This document shows, piece by piece, positions 26,036 to 38,495 of a stretch of 64,000 nt of DNA. Within the stretch, counting starts at the first letter, position 1. Each line of letters starts with the position of its first letter. The DNA comes from Octopus vulgaris (taxonomy: Eukaryota): contig OX597821.1 in the NCBI GenBank assembly GCA_951406725.2, forward strand, positions 82,832,001 to 82,896,000. Reading direction: 5' to 3'. The translations under genes and the position numbers were made by a program. The notes beneath the pieces were generated by a model. The model was not told the origin of the DNA and ran no database searches. It was given only the letters and a program-made list of their open reading frames with translations.

Positions 26036-26872
26036 CTGATTGTTTTATTTTTAACCAATAATAAAAGAGTGGAACTGAACCAGTGTTAATTATATTGGCA
26101 TAATGACTCTCCCTAGGCACAACAAAAAATGTATTACTTTTTCTAGGCATAAAACCTTACATCATGCACTCATTATGATACAGAAACAATAGAATTTCTT
26201 AACTGGGTATAAAACTTTAAAAAAAAAATTATGTAAAAAGAATGTTAATATAAATTCAATGCAAATAGTAGCAACAGGTGGAGTATATGACATGTAAACG
26301 AGAAACTATATATTTGTGAACAATTAAAATATAAACTGGTAAGTCAGGCTCTTTTGTAAGATGACAAAGATCATTAACAACTTCAGTATTTACTGGAGGT
26401 TATAAAGCAGTGTGTTAAACAAATGCAAAACTCTTTGCTGTCATTTTCAGATGACCACCACTATCATTTAACATCCATCTTCCATGCTGACATAGGTTGA
26501 ATGTTTTGACATGAGTTGGTAAACTAAAGGACTGCCAAGCCCCATCGTCTTTGGTGTGGCTTTTACAGCTGGATGCCCTCCCTAACACCAACCACTTTAC
26601 ACAGTGGACTGGGTGCTTTTTCTGTGGCACCAGAATATTGGTGTTTAATCCTGAATCAGCCTTGACCAAGAAAATCTATAACAAGCAATCCAGCCATGAT
26701 CATCATGTTTTTTCTTTAGACATTGTATATCTATGATGATATTGACTAATGTATTCTTTCCTTACTTATGAGAGTAGAGTATAGTTTGAGGGAGAGTTAG
26801 CTGCTGTTGCTAACAAATGCATAGAGGTTCTGTCTATCGTAGAAAATATTTAAAAGCTTTACAAAAAGAAAA

Positions 26873-27028
26873 AAAAGCAACATAACAGACATCAATCAAA
26901 ATGTCTTAGAGTAGCCAAATGCTGTCATTTTACAACTTGATATGAATAACCATTATTGATATCAAGCTGTGAAATGGCAACATTTGGCCACTCTAAGACA
27001 TTTAGATTGAATCTGCAATGTTGCTTTT
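26873..27028. repeat. Long palindrome (about 76-bp arms, 3-nt loop)
   Basis: AAAAGCAACAT...ATGTCTTAGAGTAGCCAAATG...GAATAA pairs with TTATTG...CATTTGGCCACTCTAAGACAT...ATGTTGCTTTT. Confidence 0.9.
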
Positions 27029-27416
27029 ATTCTGATATAACAGCCAGCTGACTGGAGTAAATCATTTTGAATTCACTGACAGAATTTCTTGAGTTTTTGC
27101 ATTTCTATAGAGGTACCCTCTTTAACTGTATAAGCTGTTCCAATTTGCTGTCATAATGCTTGTAAGCCAGTCATGGGATAATTGTAGCTTGTGGGACAGC
27201 GTGGCAAGCCTAATGAAAAATTACCATCAATTTTATTTTACTACTGCAGCTTGCTTCTTGAAAAAGAATGCCCACTCTTAATACATAGGCTGTAATCTAC
27301 ACCATGTAAAGTACAACCACCAGTGATAATGGCTTAACTTTTAGACCTCATGCAGTGGTAGGAGTTAGTAACACAACCCAACAGCTAACAAGTGCAAAGC
27401 ATTAACATTTATAATA

Positions 27417-27635
27417 GAGAGGTAATGTTTATGCCCACTTAAATGTGAATATCTTGTTAAGGACTAACTCTCATATTGACTTTTTGTGCAAAATGCACTC
27501 GTTATGTTGCTAGTGACATAACAAGAGTGCATTTTGCACCAAAAGCCAATATGAGAGTTTCTCTCAAGGTATCTACTGCAGTATAGCTTGTTCTAAAAGA
27601 ACACCCATGTTTAAGTGGGGATAAATATTACCTCT
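27417..27635. repeat. Nested palindrome
   Basis: Inner hairpin 27466-27559 centred on GCTAGT. Outer arms GAGGTAATGTTTATGCCCACTTAAA and TTTAAGTGGGGATAAATATTACCTC. Confidence 0.85.
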
Positions 27636-30600
27636 TGGTAAATATTTGGTATTAATCCTGCCTTTGTCACGAATATATATTTATAACAGAGTGCAAAATA
27701 GATATTGTTTTATCTTAATCAGTATAGCTGGGCAATTTCCACACACCTTTATTGTCTTTCTTTCCTCTTTCTGAGTGGGAAAGAGGAAAGTACCTCCCAG
27801 CCAGAAATCTGTTGCAAATGCTTGCCATGTTAATATTTTGGCTGGGGAGTGGGGTCAATGTTGTAAGAAAACTTATAGACTTCAACAGTCCACTTAGACA
27901 TCAGCCAAATCTCTCCTATATCATGCTGTTTACAGACCAGAGAAAGAAAATGTAAACCCTGTAGGTCAGACAGAACACCCTGCTCAATCAAATATAAATT
28001 CGATAAAAATAGATTTGTAATGATAAGTCACACAAAATCTGGATTGGATTACCATTTTATTTCACAGTTAACAGTTTAATATTTTCATATACATTCTGAG
28101 CAAAACATTCAGTTGAACACAGCCATGTCTATAGCACTTCAATTTGAAGAAACTTTATTATTAAATAACACAAGAGACCAATTATTTAATTAATGTCAGC
28201 ATGAATATTCTTTATATTTTATATAAATATTTAGCATATTTGATAACTTTGATTAAATTATCAAAAAGACCACTCTTCTATAAAGAAGTCAACATTTTAA
28301 CCCCTTTGATACCAACCTGCCTGAAACTGCTCCGCGTCCTACAACAGACATTTTGTACTTAAATGTGAACTAATTTAAAACCTTCCATCAAAACTTTATG
28401 TTAATTTGTTTCAACACAAGCTTGTATATAAATTTTTGTTTTAAACTTTGATTCATACCTAACAAGTTGCAACCTGCTTCACAGTGCAAACAAATACGTC
28501 TTCAAAAGTAAGAATAGTTATTTAATAAAATCAATGTTTATAGTAAAAGGGTTTATTTTTGAAAGAAAACATCAAAACAATGTTGCAAGGAAAAACAAAA
28601 CAAAAGTCAATTTAACTACATTTGGAAAAAAAAAATCTAATATATTGAAGAAGCAAATAAAAGAAAGAGCTAAAAAGTGGTTTGGTAGCAGTGTGAAATA
28701 ATAGCTAACTTTAGGCCAGAAAAATCAGTATACCATGGTTTTTAAACGATCCCCTTTTCGACTGATTTTTACACTATTCTAGGATGTTTCTTAATAAACA
28801 TACTGGTTAAATTCAACTAAAATTTTCATTTCCCTTTGTGGAAACATTTAAAGAGTTGGAAATACATATTGGAACCACTTGTTCGGTACATTTAGTTTAA
28901 GTAGAGATATAGTATATCTTGTGCATACCATTAGATTTATGATTGCTACTGGTGAGTTTAGAGTTACATATGGACTATTATAATCCAATTTGCTCTCAGC
29001 ATAGTAGTGTGGTTACTACTGCATTTACTAAGTGTTATTGGTTATGATATACAGGGAAAATTTAGGAGAAATTATGGTAAACACAAGTGAATATAATATG
29101 TTCCTTTCATACATTTCACGTTTGGGGTTATTTACAACCTCTGCATTAGATGTCCCAAGTGCAACTAAATGCAGAATCACAATGGATCATCAACAGAATA
29201 AACTTAGGTTATTTCTCCAACATTTGCTCTGTATATCATAACCAGTTTAAGTATTGATATACATATTTTTTATCAGTTCCACTATATTTTATGCGAAGGT
29301 GTGTGGGTTAGTGGTCAGGGTGTTGCATTCATGATCGTAAAATTGTGGTTTCAGTTCCTGGACTGGGTGATGTGTTGTGTTCTTGAGCAAAACACTTCAT
29401 TTCACGTACCACTTTGCTGGCAAAGGTGAATAATTCTGTGATGGACTGGCATCCTATCCAAGGGGAAGGGAATATATATGCTACAGAATCCAGGAAACTG
29501 GGCTTATTAGCCTATGGTTTGGGATGTATCTTTGATCCCTTTCCCCCCCACCCACTTTAAAGCAATGACTAATCGCATAGATCAGAATCTAATACATCAT
29601 GATTGTAAAATCAGTTGTCAGCTTTAAGCTAAGGTAAACTAAACTGTGAAGCAGCTTATTTGTTGGGTTTGTGTGTGCATGCATGTGTAGACATTTTTAT
29701 AGAACTTGCGTATTTATAATCATTGTAACCAAACACCTTTATATTCATTTTATATTATTATATAATAAAGAAAAACTCTTCAGCAAGTAATAAAAACAAA
29801 AGTTACTGCATGGAGTGGTTACAATTGCAGTTGGATTGATACGGTGAGGGAATGAATAACAAAGAAAAAGAAAAGCATGTCAGTGTAGGCTCAAATAATC
29901 TAAATATTCCCTGTTAGCATCAATGCTACTTGGTATCATGACTAGAAGGAGCAAAATTGTTGGAAAGTACTGAAATCATTGTGATCTTCAGTTGGCAGCT
30001 GATGAAGGGAATTTCCCCACAATGCAAAGTGTATACTGATTTTCTTAAGTAATCACAAATTTGGGAAAAGAAAATATCTAATTTAGTATGATATTTTACT
30101 GACTATGGAAGGGAGAAAGAAAAAGTAGGCCTCAGTGAGGATTCAACTCAGAGAGTAAAGAACTGTCAAGCTTTGGGAAAGTATTGTTTGGAACCAGGTA
30201 AGGATCAGCAACAGGAAGGGCATTTGACCAAAGAAAATCTGCCTCAACAAATTCTGTCGGACAATAAGAGAGATTGGGGTGGGGTGGGGGTATAGAGAAT
30301 ATCTGTACACACACAAAGTTCAGAGCATTGGTGGAATTACACCATTTCAAGCAGTTGGTCATGGACGGAAGGGATTAGTAACATTTAAAACTGCAAAAAC
30401 ATAATCATTAAGACTCCCAAAATTTAAAAGACATTTCCCATCTTTATTATTTTGAAATTATTACAAAAATACTTTATGGCAGTGACATTATCACTGCATA
30501 CACTTCAAATATATTCTCCAGTATATATATATATATATATATATATATAACTGGTCTGCTTGCAAGGACCTAGAATCTTTGAGACAAGTTTCAGTTAAAA

Positions 30601-33009
30601 TGACTTAAAATGAGCCAGTTCACCATTTGAATGGCATGCCTAATGAAAAACTGCCTTCAATTTTTTTTATAATTGTCCTGTTTGATGATGAGCCATGTCA
30701 CATGTGGCCCCACCTCAAAGGTTGTATATGCCTGATACAGGGAAAACAATGCATCCTGTATGTGAACACGCATTTTCCTAGAAATAGTAGTTAAGTCTCC
30801 TTCAAATCACACTACTATCTTAAATAAGACATATTGGATAATGTAATCTCAGACATACTCTTAAAAGAAAAGGATGATCACAACTGGGTCACCTTTGATC
30901 ATAGGTTGCCACATAATAATATAAAAAGACAGTAACCAGTTGTGACACTAGACCACATATTTTGATTTTGACCCCAAGAAAATTGAAAGATAACAGGATT
31001 TTACTGAGATATGAATTAAGAATGTAGACAAATGAACGTCACTGAATCACTAGGTTATGATAATAGTCACTTAACACTTTGCTCATTCAAAGCATTTTCA
31101 TAAGTTTGTCCTAAACCTCTATGCTTGTTTTCAGACTTTTAGTTAGCCCTTATTTCATACGTTCTGACTATAAAGCTTTCCTTTCATAAGTCCCAAGTTA
31201 CTCTATGATGCTTAGACACCAGGAAAATATGTCCTGTGTATCTGATGTAATTCACAGGACAGGTAAAAGGTCAAATCACATTAGATGGCACAGCAAAGAG
31301 AGATTGGCTTACTAAAAGATAACACTGGGGAACAAATTTCAATTTTTTATCTACTGAATTAGATTTGACAGTTGGAGATAATTTGGGTGTGCTGAGCACA
31401 AATTTTTACTCGGTTTTGCTTTATCAGAACCTGATTTTGACACTACAATACGACCTGTACTACATTCAAATGAAATCCCCATTCCAATATTTAAGAGTCT
31501 GCTACCTCAAGAATTAGCTGATGTTCCAGAAAATATTGTTATGCACTCCGAGGAGATTATAATCTATTCAAACCAAGTAATCAACATTTCAAATACAGAC
31601 TTACAAATGTATACATTCATAACTCACATGATTTTTTTTTAAAGTTTTTCTTTAAGGTTAGAAGATAAAGACTAGAAACATTAATGAATTTGAAGGAACT
31701 TTTTTCCCCACCTATTATCATTGTTAATTGTCACAAACCACATGATAACCTTAGCATTCAGATTACTCTGTTAAATATGTTTGTTTATTGTTCTGAATTA
31801 AGCATGTACATCTTGAAACTTCAAGATTTCAATGATTGTTTACTTTTAGAATGATATTGTAGGGTAGGTGTGCAAGGTCATATCTTTCTGGTTTGAACAA
31901 AAAAACAGGTAGAATATTTGGGTCGGATATGGCTGGTTTAAATGCTAATGAGTTGAACTAATCAATATTCCAAACTTAGGTTTCACCAAGCTTAACTGTT
32001 GAAATAAATAAATCCCAAAATTTGAAAGCCATTATTTAACAAAGCTTAAGCATATAAAATTAAAATTTTAAAAATTCACCATATAAGCCTTCATACAAAT
32101 ATGATCTTGCTAATTATGTGCCTTTGGGAAATTAAAGAAACTTGCACAACATCTTTGTGAGCGCTGACAAATGAGTTAATCAGCCATATAATAATTAGCA
32201 GGATCTGTGGAAATTTCACATTTTATACATTTAAAAAAATATTTATTTGATGCCTAAATTGATTGCTCATCAAAAGATAGTTTCATTTTGTTAAAAATTT
32301 CAACTAGGTCTTCGATTTTGTTCCATGGTTAAGGCCATTTCATACATAACACTCGAACACATGAATGTTGTGAGAAGCAGAGTATTACATTATATATACA
32401 CACACATATATATCTCATCTCATTGTCATAGCACACAGATTCTGAAAAAGAAATAAATTTGTAATGAGAAAAACAGAATTAAAAAACAGTGAAGAGTATC
32501 AATTTTCCAATACAAAAAAAAAAAAAAAGAAGAAAAATCATTGAATTCACCAAGCTGTTTTCTGAGAAACAATCTTCACCTATTGTAATCACATTATGTT
32601 AGTACTGATCACATTTAGTCCCCAACAAAACGAAGTCCACTATTTTCACCAACCTGTCCCCTATGCCCCATTCTAAAACAAATAATAGGTATAGATATGA
32701 TTGTGGAGTTGAAAAGTTTGCTTCCCAACCACATGGTTTCAGGTTCAAGCATGGAAAAGTGGATATTAAAATAATGATGATGATGTCTTCCACCCACTGT
32801 AAATTGTCCACCAGTCTCTTATCCTTGCACAACCCTCCTCTATGAATCACTACAAAAAGGAATGATTTATCCATTAGCTCACTGAAACAAAACAGCTGGT
32901 TCTTAGACAAACTATTTTCGTCAACTTTCTATTATATTTTCTTTTCTGCTCAACTCAGATATGACTGTCAGCAACACCCATGCCCCTACAACCAACATTA
33001 TTCATTCAA

Positions 33010-33515
33010 TTCTATATTTAAGAGATGAGGAAGTTTGTTGTTAACACAACGTTTCGGCTGATATACTCCCCCAGCCTTCTTCAGGTGTCTTGGGGAAATT
33101 TCGAACCTGGGTTCTCATTCCTAAGGTATTTTTCAATGTTATTATTATCATTGTTCAGATCACTGCTTGGAATCGAACTCGGAATCTTCAGGTTAGTAGC
33201 CTGCACTCTTAACCACTACGCCATATGCCTGTGGGCCCATAGGCATATGGCGTGGTGGTTAAGAGTGCAGGCTACTAACCCCAAGATTCCAAGTTCAATT
33301 CCAAGCAGTGACCTGAACAATAACAATAACAATAATAATAATAATCATAACAATAATAATAACAACATCGAAAAATACCTTAGGAATGAGAACCCAAGTT
33401 TGAAATTTCCCCAAGACACCTGATGAAGGCTGGAGGGTATATCAGCCAAAACGTTGTGTTAACAACAACAAAGATGAGGACAAATATCCGCCAAATTTAA
33501 ATAATGTACTATTCA
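33010..33515. mobile_element. Non-autonomous palindromic dimer of the Penelope tRNA-like + hammerhead module
   Basis: Two head-to-head copies of the 14945-15230 module, inverted about CCTGTGGGCCCATAGG near 33236. Confidence 0.85.
33043..33089 (-). ncRNA. Minimal type I hammerhead ribozyme motif with intact core
   Basis: Minus strand GACAC CTGAAGA A GGCTG-loop-CAGCC GAA ACGT T GTGTT: stem I GACAC/GTGTT, stem II GGCTG/CAGCC, palindromic stem III ACGT. Confidence 0.7.
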
Positions 33516-34852
33516 TTCACTTCATTACCATCTCCTTTATGGTAGTTTCTTGTAGTCCAAGAAAAATGATTCTGCAACTTATTGCTGAGCAACTAACATA
33601 GATGATTTGTCTATAGTGATCAAATATGTGTGTAGTACCTGATCCCACTCTCTCCACAAATGGACATTACCTGTACAGGTGCATGGTGTGCCACATGTCA
33701 CATGTTGAAGTGATTGAAGAGTAACCTAACTGAAATGTATTGCTCAGTCTGGGAATTGAAACCACGGTCTCATGATCATGAGTGCAACACCTCAACCACT
33801 AGGCCATGTACTTTCACCATCAATTCTAATTTTAACATAAACCATGCCCTCAATCAAATTTTCATCTGGTCTCTTATTTTCCCAAACACACAACTATATA
33901 CTGAAAAATTGATTCAACTTCCCTTAGTGTAAGCAAAAAATAAAAAGAACTTCCAGCCTCACTAGAATCATCTTACTGCTAACATTTCAAAGATAATGGA
34001 AACATTGATTTTTTTTCTCCTTCATACCCATATATATATAAAGGAACTGAAAAGCTATATCTAGAGTAATTCAAACTTAATCCAAGGTTCAAACAGTTCA
34101 TATTAAAAGCTTCTTAGGATATGCAAACAATACAGTCAAATTTTTTATGTAATACATTTAAAACTTCTTTGTTATTTGAGGTGTCCACTTCTGTTGACAA
34201 TGCCCCTTTGATCTCTACATTCCCTCAAATGTCTAAGAATAATTTCTCTTCCTGGCTTTGAATTCTCTTCTATATCTTTAGACATCCTCACTAACCACAC
34301 TTTAAAATTTTATAAATATAAAACATGCCTAGACATTCTTCCAAATTGTTTACTGCCCGCTGAATTCAAATCCACCCATGACTGTCACTTTACCTGAACT
34401 TAGGGAGGCTTAGTGAAGGAAAACAAAAACAATTAAAGCTACTGAAACCCTACACCTTTTAGGAATACTTTTAAATCATCCTTTAAATCTATATTATTTA
34501 TTTTTAATCACAATATGTCTTGTAAAGTATTCAATGCTTCACAGTAAGCCATGCTGGTAACATAATAAAGAAAATAGTCTTTTTTTTTTCTGAGATACAA
34601 TCACAAGCACTAGTTTCAGCAGATGGAATGGTCATGCTCTGGATTATTATTTTCATCACTTCTTTTAACTGTTCAATGCAATTTGCAGATATATTATTGA
34701 AACAATTAGCCCAACACTGCTTTTACATCCAATAATTAGGCAAGAAAGTGAGTATGACATATACTTGCCTCTAGGTTGTATGAAGCAACAATAATTAATC
34801 TAATTAAAAAAATATATAAAAAAAAATAGAAAATACTTTTCCAAACCTTGGT

Positions 34853-35537
34853 TTAAAACTTTGAACTTTCAGACTTTTGAATAAATTCTTTCAGACATGT
34901 ATCCAAGAAGCTGTAACAAGTGTTAATATAGGTTTCTCTATGAGAGACAAAGTGTTTGACGTGTGAAGAATCTGTCCATTTATGTTTAAAGATTTTAACT
35001 CCAAGACTCTCTTCGCGAAACTTTATCATTTGTTCAATGTCATCAGACATTATTATTTTATCAACAGAGGAATATAGATAGAGTTGAGGCATCAAATATC
35101 CGGAGTCATTTTTCAGGAATGAATAGACATCACCGTGGTCTGGTCCCATAAAATAATTTAAAATCTTGTGTTTAATGACAGTGAAATGTAGATAGATGAA
35201 CAAAAAGAGCGCAGCAAACAGCCGAAAGATAATATTCCAATGTTGGAAAACAATCAGTATGGATTTTATAGCATTGATTGGCCGAGGTTTTCCTGGAGCA
35301 CTGTCGAAAACAGATCCACAAACTTTAAGATGTTTAAACTCTGAAGCATTGCCTAAGAGTGAAGAAATATGATGATAAATGATGGCACCTCCGTTACTGA
35401 AGAGGTGGAAAAAAATAGGGTTATCTTCATAACTGAAATCTATAAGAAGTTGAAGGATTTTCTGGGCATGTTCTTTAGCTTTTGCTCGACTGAACAAAAT
35501 AGTTGAGGTGGCAGCAATGTAAGAAATGGTGACACAC
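34853..35537 (-). CDS. TMEM53: TMEM53 coding exon 2 (terminal)
   Basis: Acceptor ttgcag restores frame (GG|G, CVTISY). Motifs FHLFSNGG, FDSAPG, PQLYLYSSVD and WTDSSHVKH, then stop TAA. Spliced CDS is 876 nt. Confidence 0.94.
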
Positions 35538-38119
35538 CTGCAATTAGTGAAAATTCAAAGTTAATAAAAAGCCATATAGGTAAGAAAGAAACAATATATT
35601 AAAAAATATCTAATTTAGTATTTTGCTTACATCATCTTGCCGTATTTCATAGCTAAATACAGGTGAGACAGTAAAATAGAGTCAAACTAGTAAATTTAAG
35701 AAAAATATATCATCATCAGAAATCCCAGTCATACTAACGGTGCCCTCATATTATTTACAGTGAATTAAAAATTCATATCTGAATTTCAGATATGAAATGT
35801 ATTTAGTTTATTTATGATATATATTTGGCATCTAAACTTTATAACACTACACATTACATATGAGGAATTCTGGAAGGAGCTTCATGAGACCACAGCTGAG
35901 ATGATTCCGAAAAAAGAAAAGCCGTTGGAAAACCGATTATAGCAGCAACTCCATCTAAGAAGATCTGAAGAAGGAATTGTATTCCAAAATATCATCAGAC
36001 AAAGGCTGGCATCAGCCACGGTCGGATTGGTGCATTTTACATGCCACCTGCATGGAAGCCAGTGCCGCCTCGACTGGCTTCCGTGCAGGTGGCACGTAAA
36101 ATGCACCAATCCGACCGTGGCCGATGCCAGCCTCGCCTGGCACCAGTGCAGGTGGCACGTAAAAAGCACCCACTACACTCACGGAGTGGTTGGCGTTAGG
36201 AAGGGCATACAGCTGTAGAAACATTGCCAGATAAGACCGGAGCCTGGTGCAGCCTTCTGGCTTCCCAGATCCCTGGTCGAACCGTCCAACCCATGCTAGC
36301 ATGGAGAACGGACGTTAAACGATGATGATGATGATGAATGGATGACTAAATTACAACAGGTATATTGTCCATTTTATTATTTTTTTTATATTATAGTGCA
36401 TTGTTGTACCATTCAAAACTTTTTTATTCTTTACAAACAATATACAATGCTTCAAGTAAACTCTCCTACATTGCATATGCTATATGGATACAAAGTCAAA
36501 TAGTTAAGAAGTTCAGTTCTTAGCTCTTTAACATTCATATTATTCTGTCAAAGGAAAAGCTTATTTATTCACGCTGTTTTTGAATTATTCATGCATTATA
36601 TTGTAGCTTTGGTATTTTAATGATGTGCTTGTCTATTTTATAATGACATTATTGGGTGTGAGAAGCTAGATCTGATTGGTTGGTTTGATAATATGGCAGG
36701 AAGAATATTTGGGCTGGATATGATCAGGATCACACAAAGGTAGAAACCCTACATAACAGAAGATAAAAAGTCTGTTGACCAGAAGATAAAAGAATTCAAA
36801 GGATGCTAAAGACAATGTTTTGTGACGTAAAGAGATATTGCATGCACCAAAACCATCAGTAGTACCACATCACAGGTGAGTGGCTAAAGGTGGGGTTCAC
36901 AAATGATGTGCCATGATAAACAGGAACAATGCAAAAATAAAATTATATATTTTTTTTAAATGTGAAAAATACAAACTGATATTCTGTCTATAAAGTCAGG
37001 ATAATTAGATATATCATTTATTGAAGTAAGAATTAAGAACATAATTTTCTGTAGTTTAAATTATATACAGGCTAAAATATATGTTGTTTTTTTTTTTAAT
37101 CTAGTTTTGATGTTATATACAAATTGCAATAAAATACTTATTTGCTCTAAAGTATATGAGAGAGGGAGAGAGAGAGAAGCAAAAAAAGAAGAAAAAAAAA
37201 GCTCTATGAACCATTGCATTAAAGATAGAAATAGCAGTCATCCAGCTATAACATTCAGGCCTACTCCAATAATCCAATAAACCTTGATTTTTAGATCTAT
37301 GTCAGACTGGGAAATGAAAACAGGATTATGTACACCAACATAGGAATTAATTTATAACATTGTAGCAGGAAATACTATTACATTGGGTAAGAAATTTGAA
37401 GAAAGGGAGAAGAGGGTACATGACAAACATTATCTTATAGTAATGGTAGATGAACAAGAGATGGGAACACATGCTGTGATATAGTTTTAAGTATCAATGG
37501 TTCACTGTTTTTGTTGAGTCTCAAGTCAGCCCTGATAAAATAGACCCTTAATCAAAGGCATCCAAGATATGATTATCTAGTTCTTTCCTACCATTTAGTA
37601 ACAGTGTATTTAGAACCTCTGAAATTTGGCTACTATTTTTATCAGGCTGAGTGATGTGTTATAGAGGCTTCTTAGCAGAACAGTATAGATGGGTCAATAG
37701 ATTAGGTTCAAGAGTTTGACCAAGTAATACTGAATCTACACTTTAAATATAATCATACAATGATGTGGTCTTCTTTGAAATATAGTGACTATGTTCAGGT
37801 TCAAATCTTGACGAGGTTCAAGACTCCTTTAACATCATCCAAACTAATAAAAATACTAGCCAAATCTCCCATGGTTCTATATATACTATAACTGGTGGTG
37901 GTGGTGGTGGTGGTGGGTCACAAAACAACTGAAGTGAAAAGCTAATTTATTGAAAAGCTATTTATTGGAGAGCTAGAGATTCTTGTAGCTACAAGACATT
38001 GCAGATCCCATTACTTAGCCAGATGTTAAAGGATTCCTCTCCTTGTACAACAGTTTCATCATGTAATGTTTGCCTTCCATGCTGGCAAGCCAGTGCACCA
38101 AGCTTCACTGTCTGTTTTG

Positions 38120-38495
38120 GCCTAGTTTTTATGGGTAGATGCCCTTCTTAATGCCAACCACTTTACAGAGTGGAGTGGGTGCTTTTTATGTGGCACCAGT
38201 ACCAATAAGGTCTATTTGGCCAAGTTTTTACAGCTGGATGCCCTTTCTAATGCCAAACACTTTACAGAGTGGACTGGATGCTTTTTACGTGGCACCAGTA
38301 CCAATAAGGTCTATTTGGCCTAGTTTTTACAGCTGGATGCCCTTTCTAATGCCAAACACTTTACAGAGTGGACTGGATGCTTTTTATACGACATCAGTAC
38401 CAGTAAGGTTTATTTGGCTTAGTTTTTATGGCTGGATGCCCTTCCTATTGCCAACCATTTCACAGAGTGGACTGGGTGCTTTTTATGTGGCACCA
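38120..38495. repeat. 99-bp tandem array (about 3.7 units) built from the RTE 3' module
   Basis: ORF 38139 shows a 33-aa period (WMPFLMPNTLQSGLDAFYVAPVPIRSIWPSFYS). Confidence 0.85.

Noticed and set aside
28940-29010. Imperfect hairpin, possible SECIS or pre-miRNA
   Set aside because: Pairing is patchy, there is no clear SECIS quartet or apical AA spacing, and no associated UGA-containing ORF.
31360-31560. Possible DNA transposon remnant (peptide IRPVLHSNEIPIPIF)
   Set aside because: Reminiscent of a transposon-associated motif but too short and decayed to assign without a search.
33241-33315. Genuine tRNA-Ser(ACT) gene
   Set aside because: The acceptor and T stems pair poorly, ACT is not a normal eukaryotic anticodon, and the sequence is embedded in a repeat; treated as a pseudo-tRNA.
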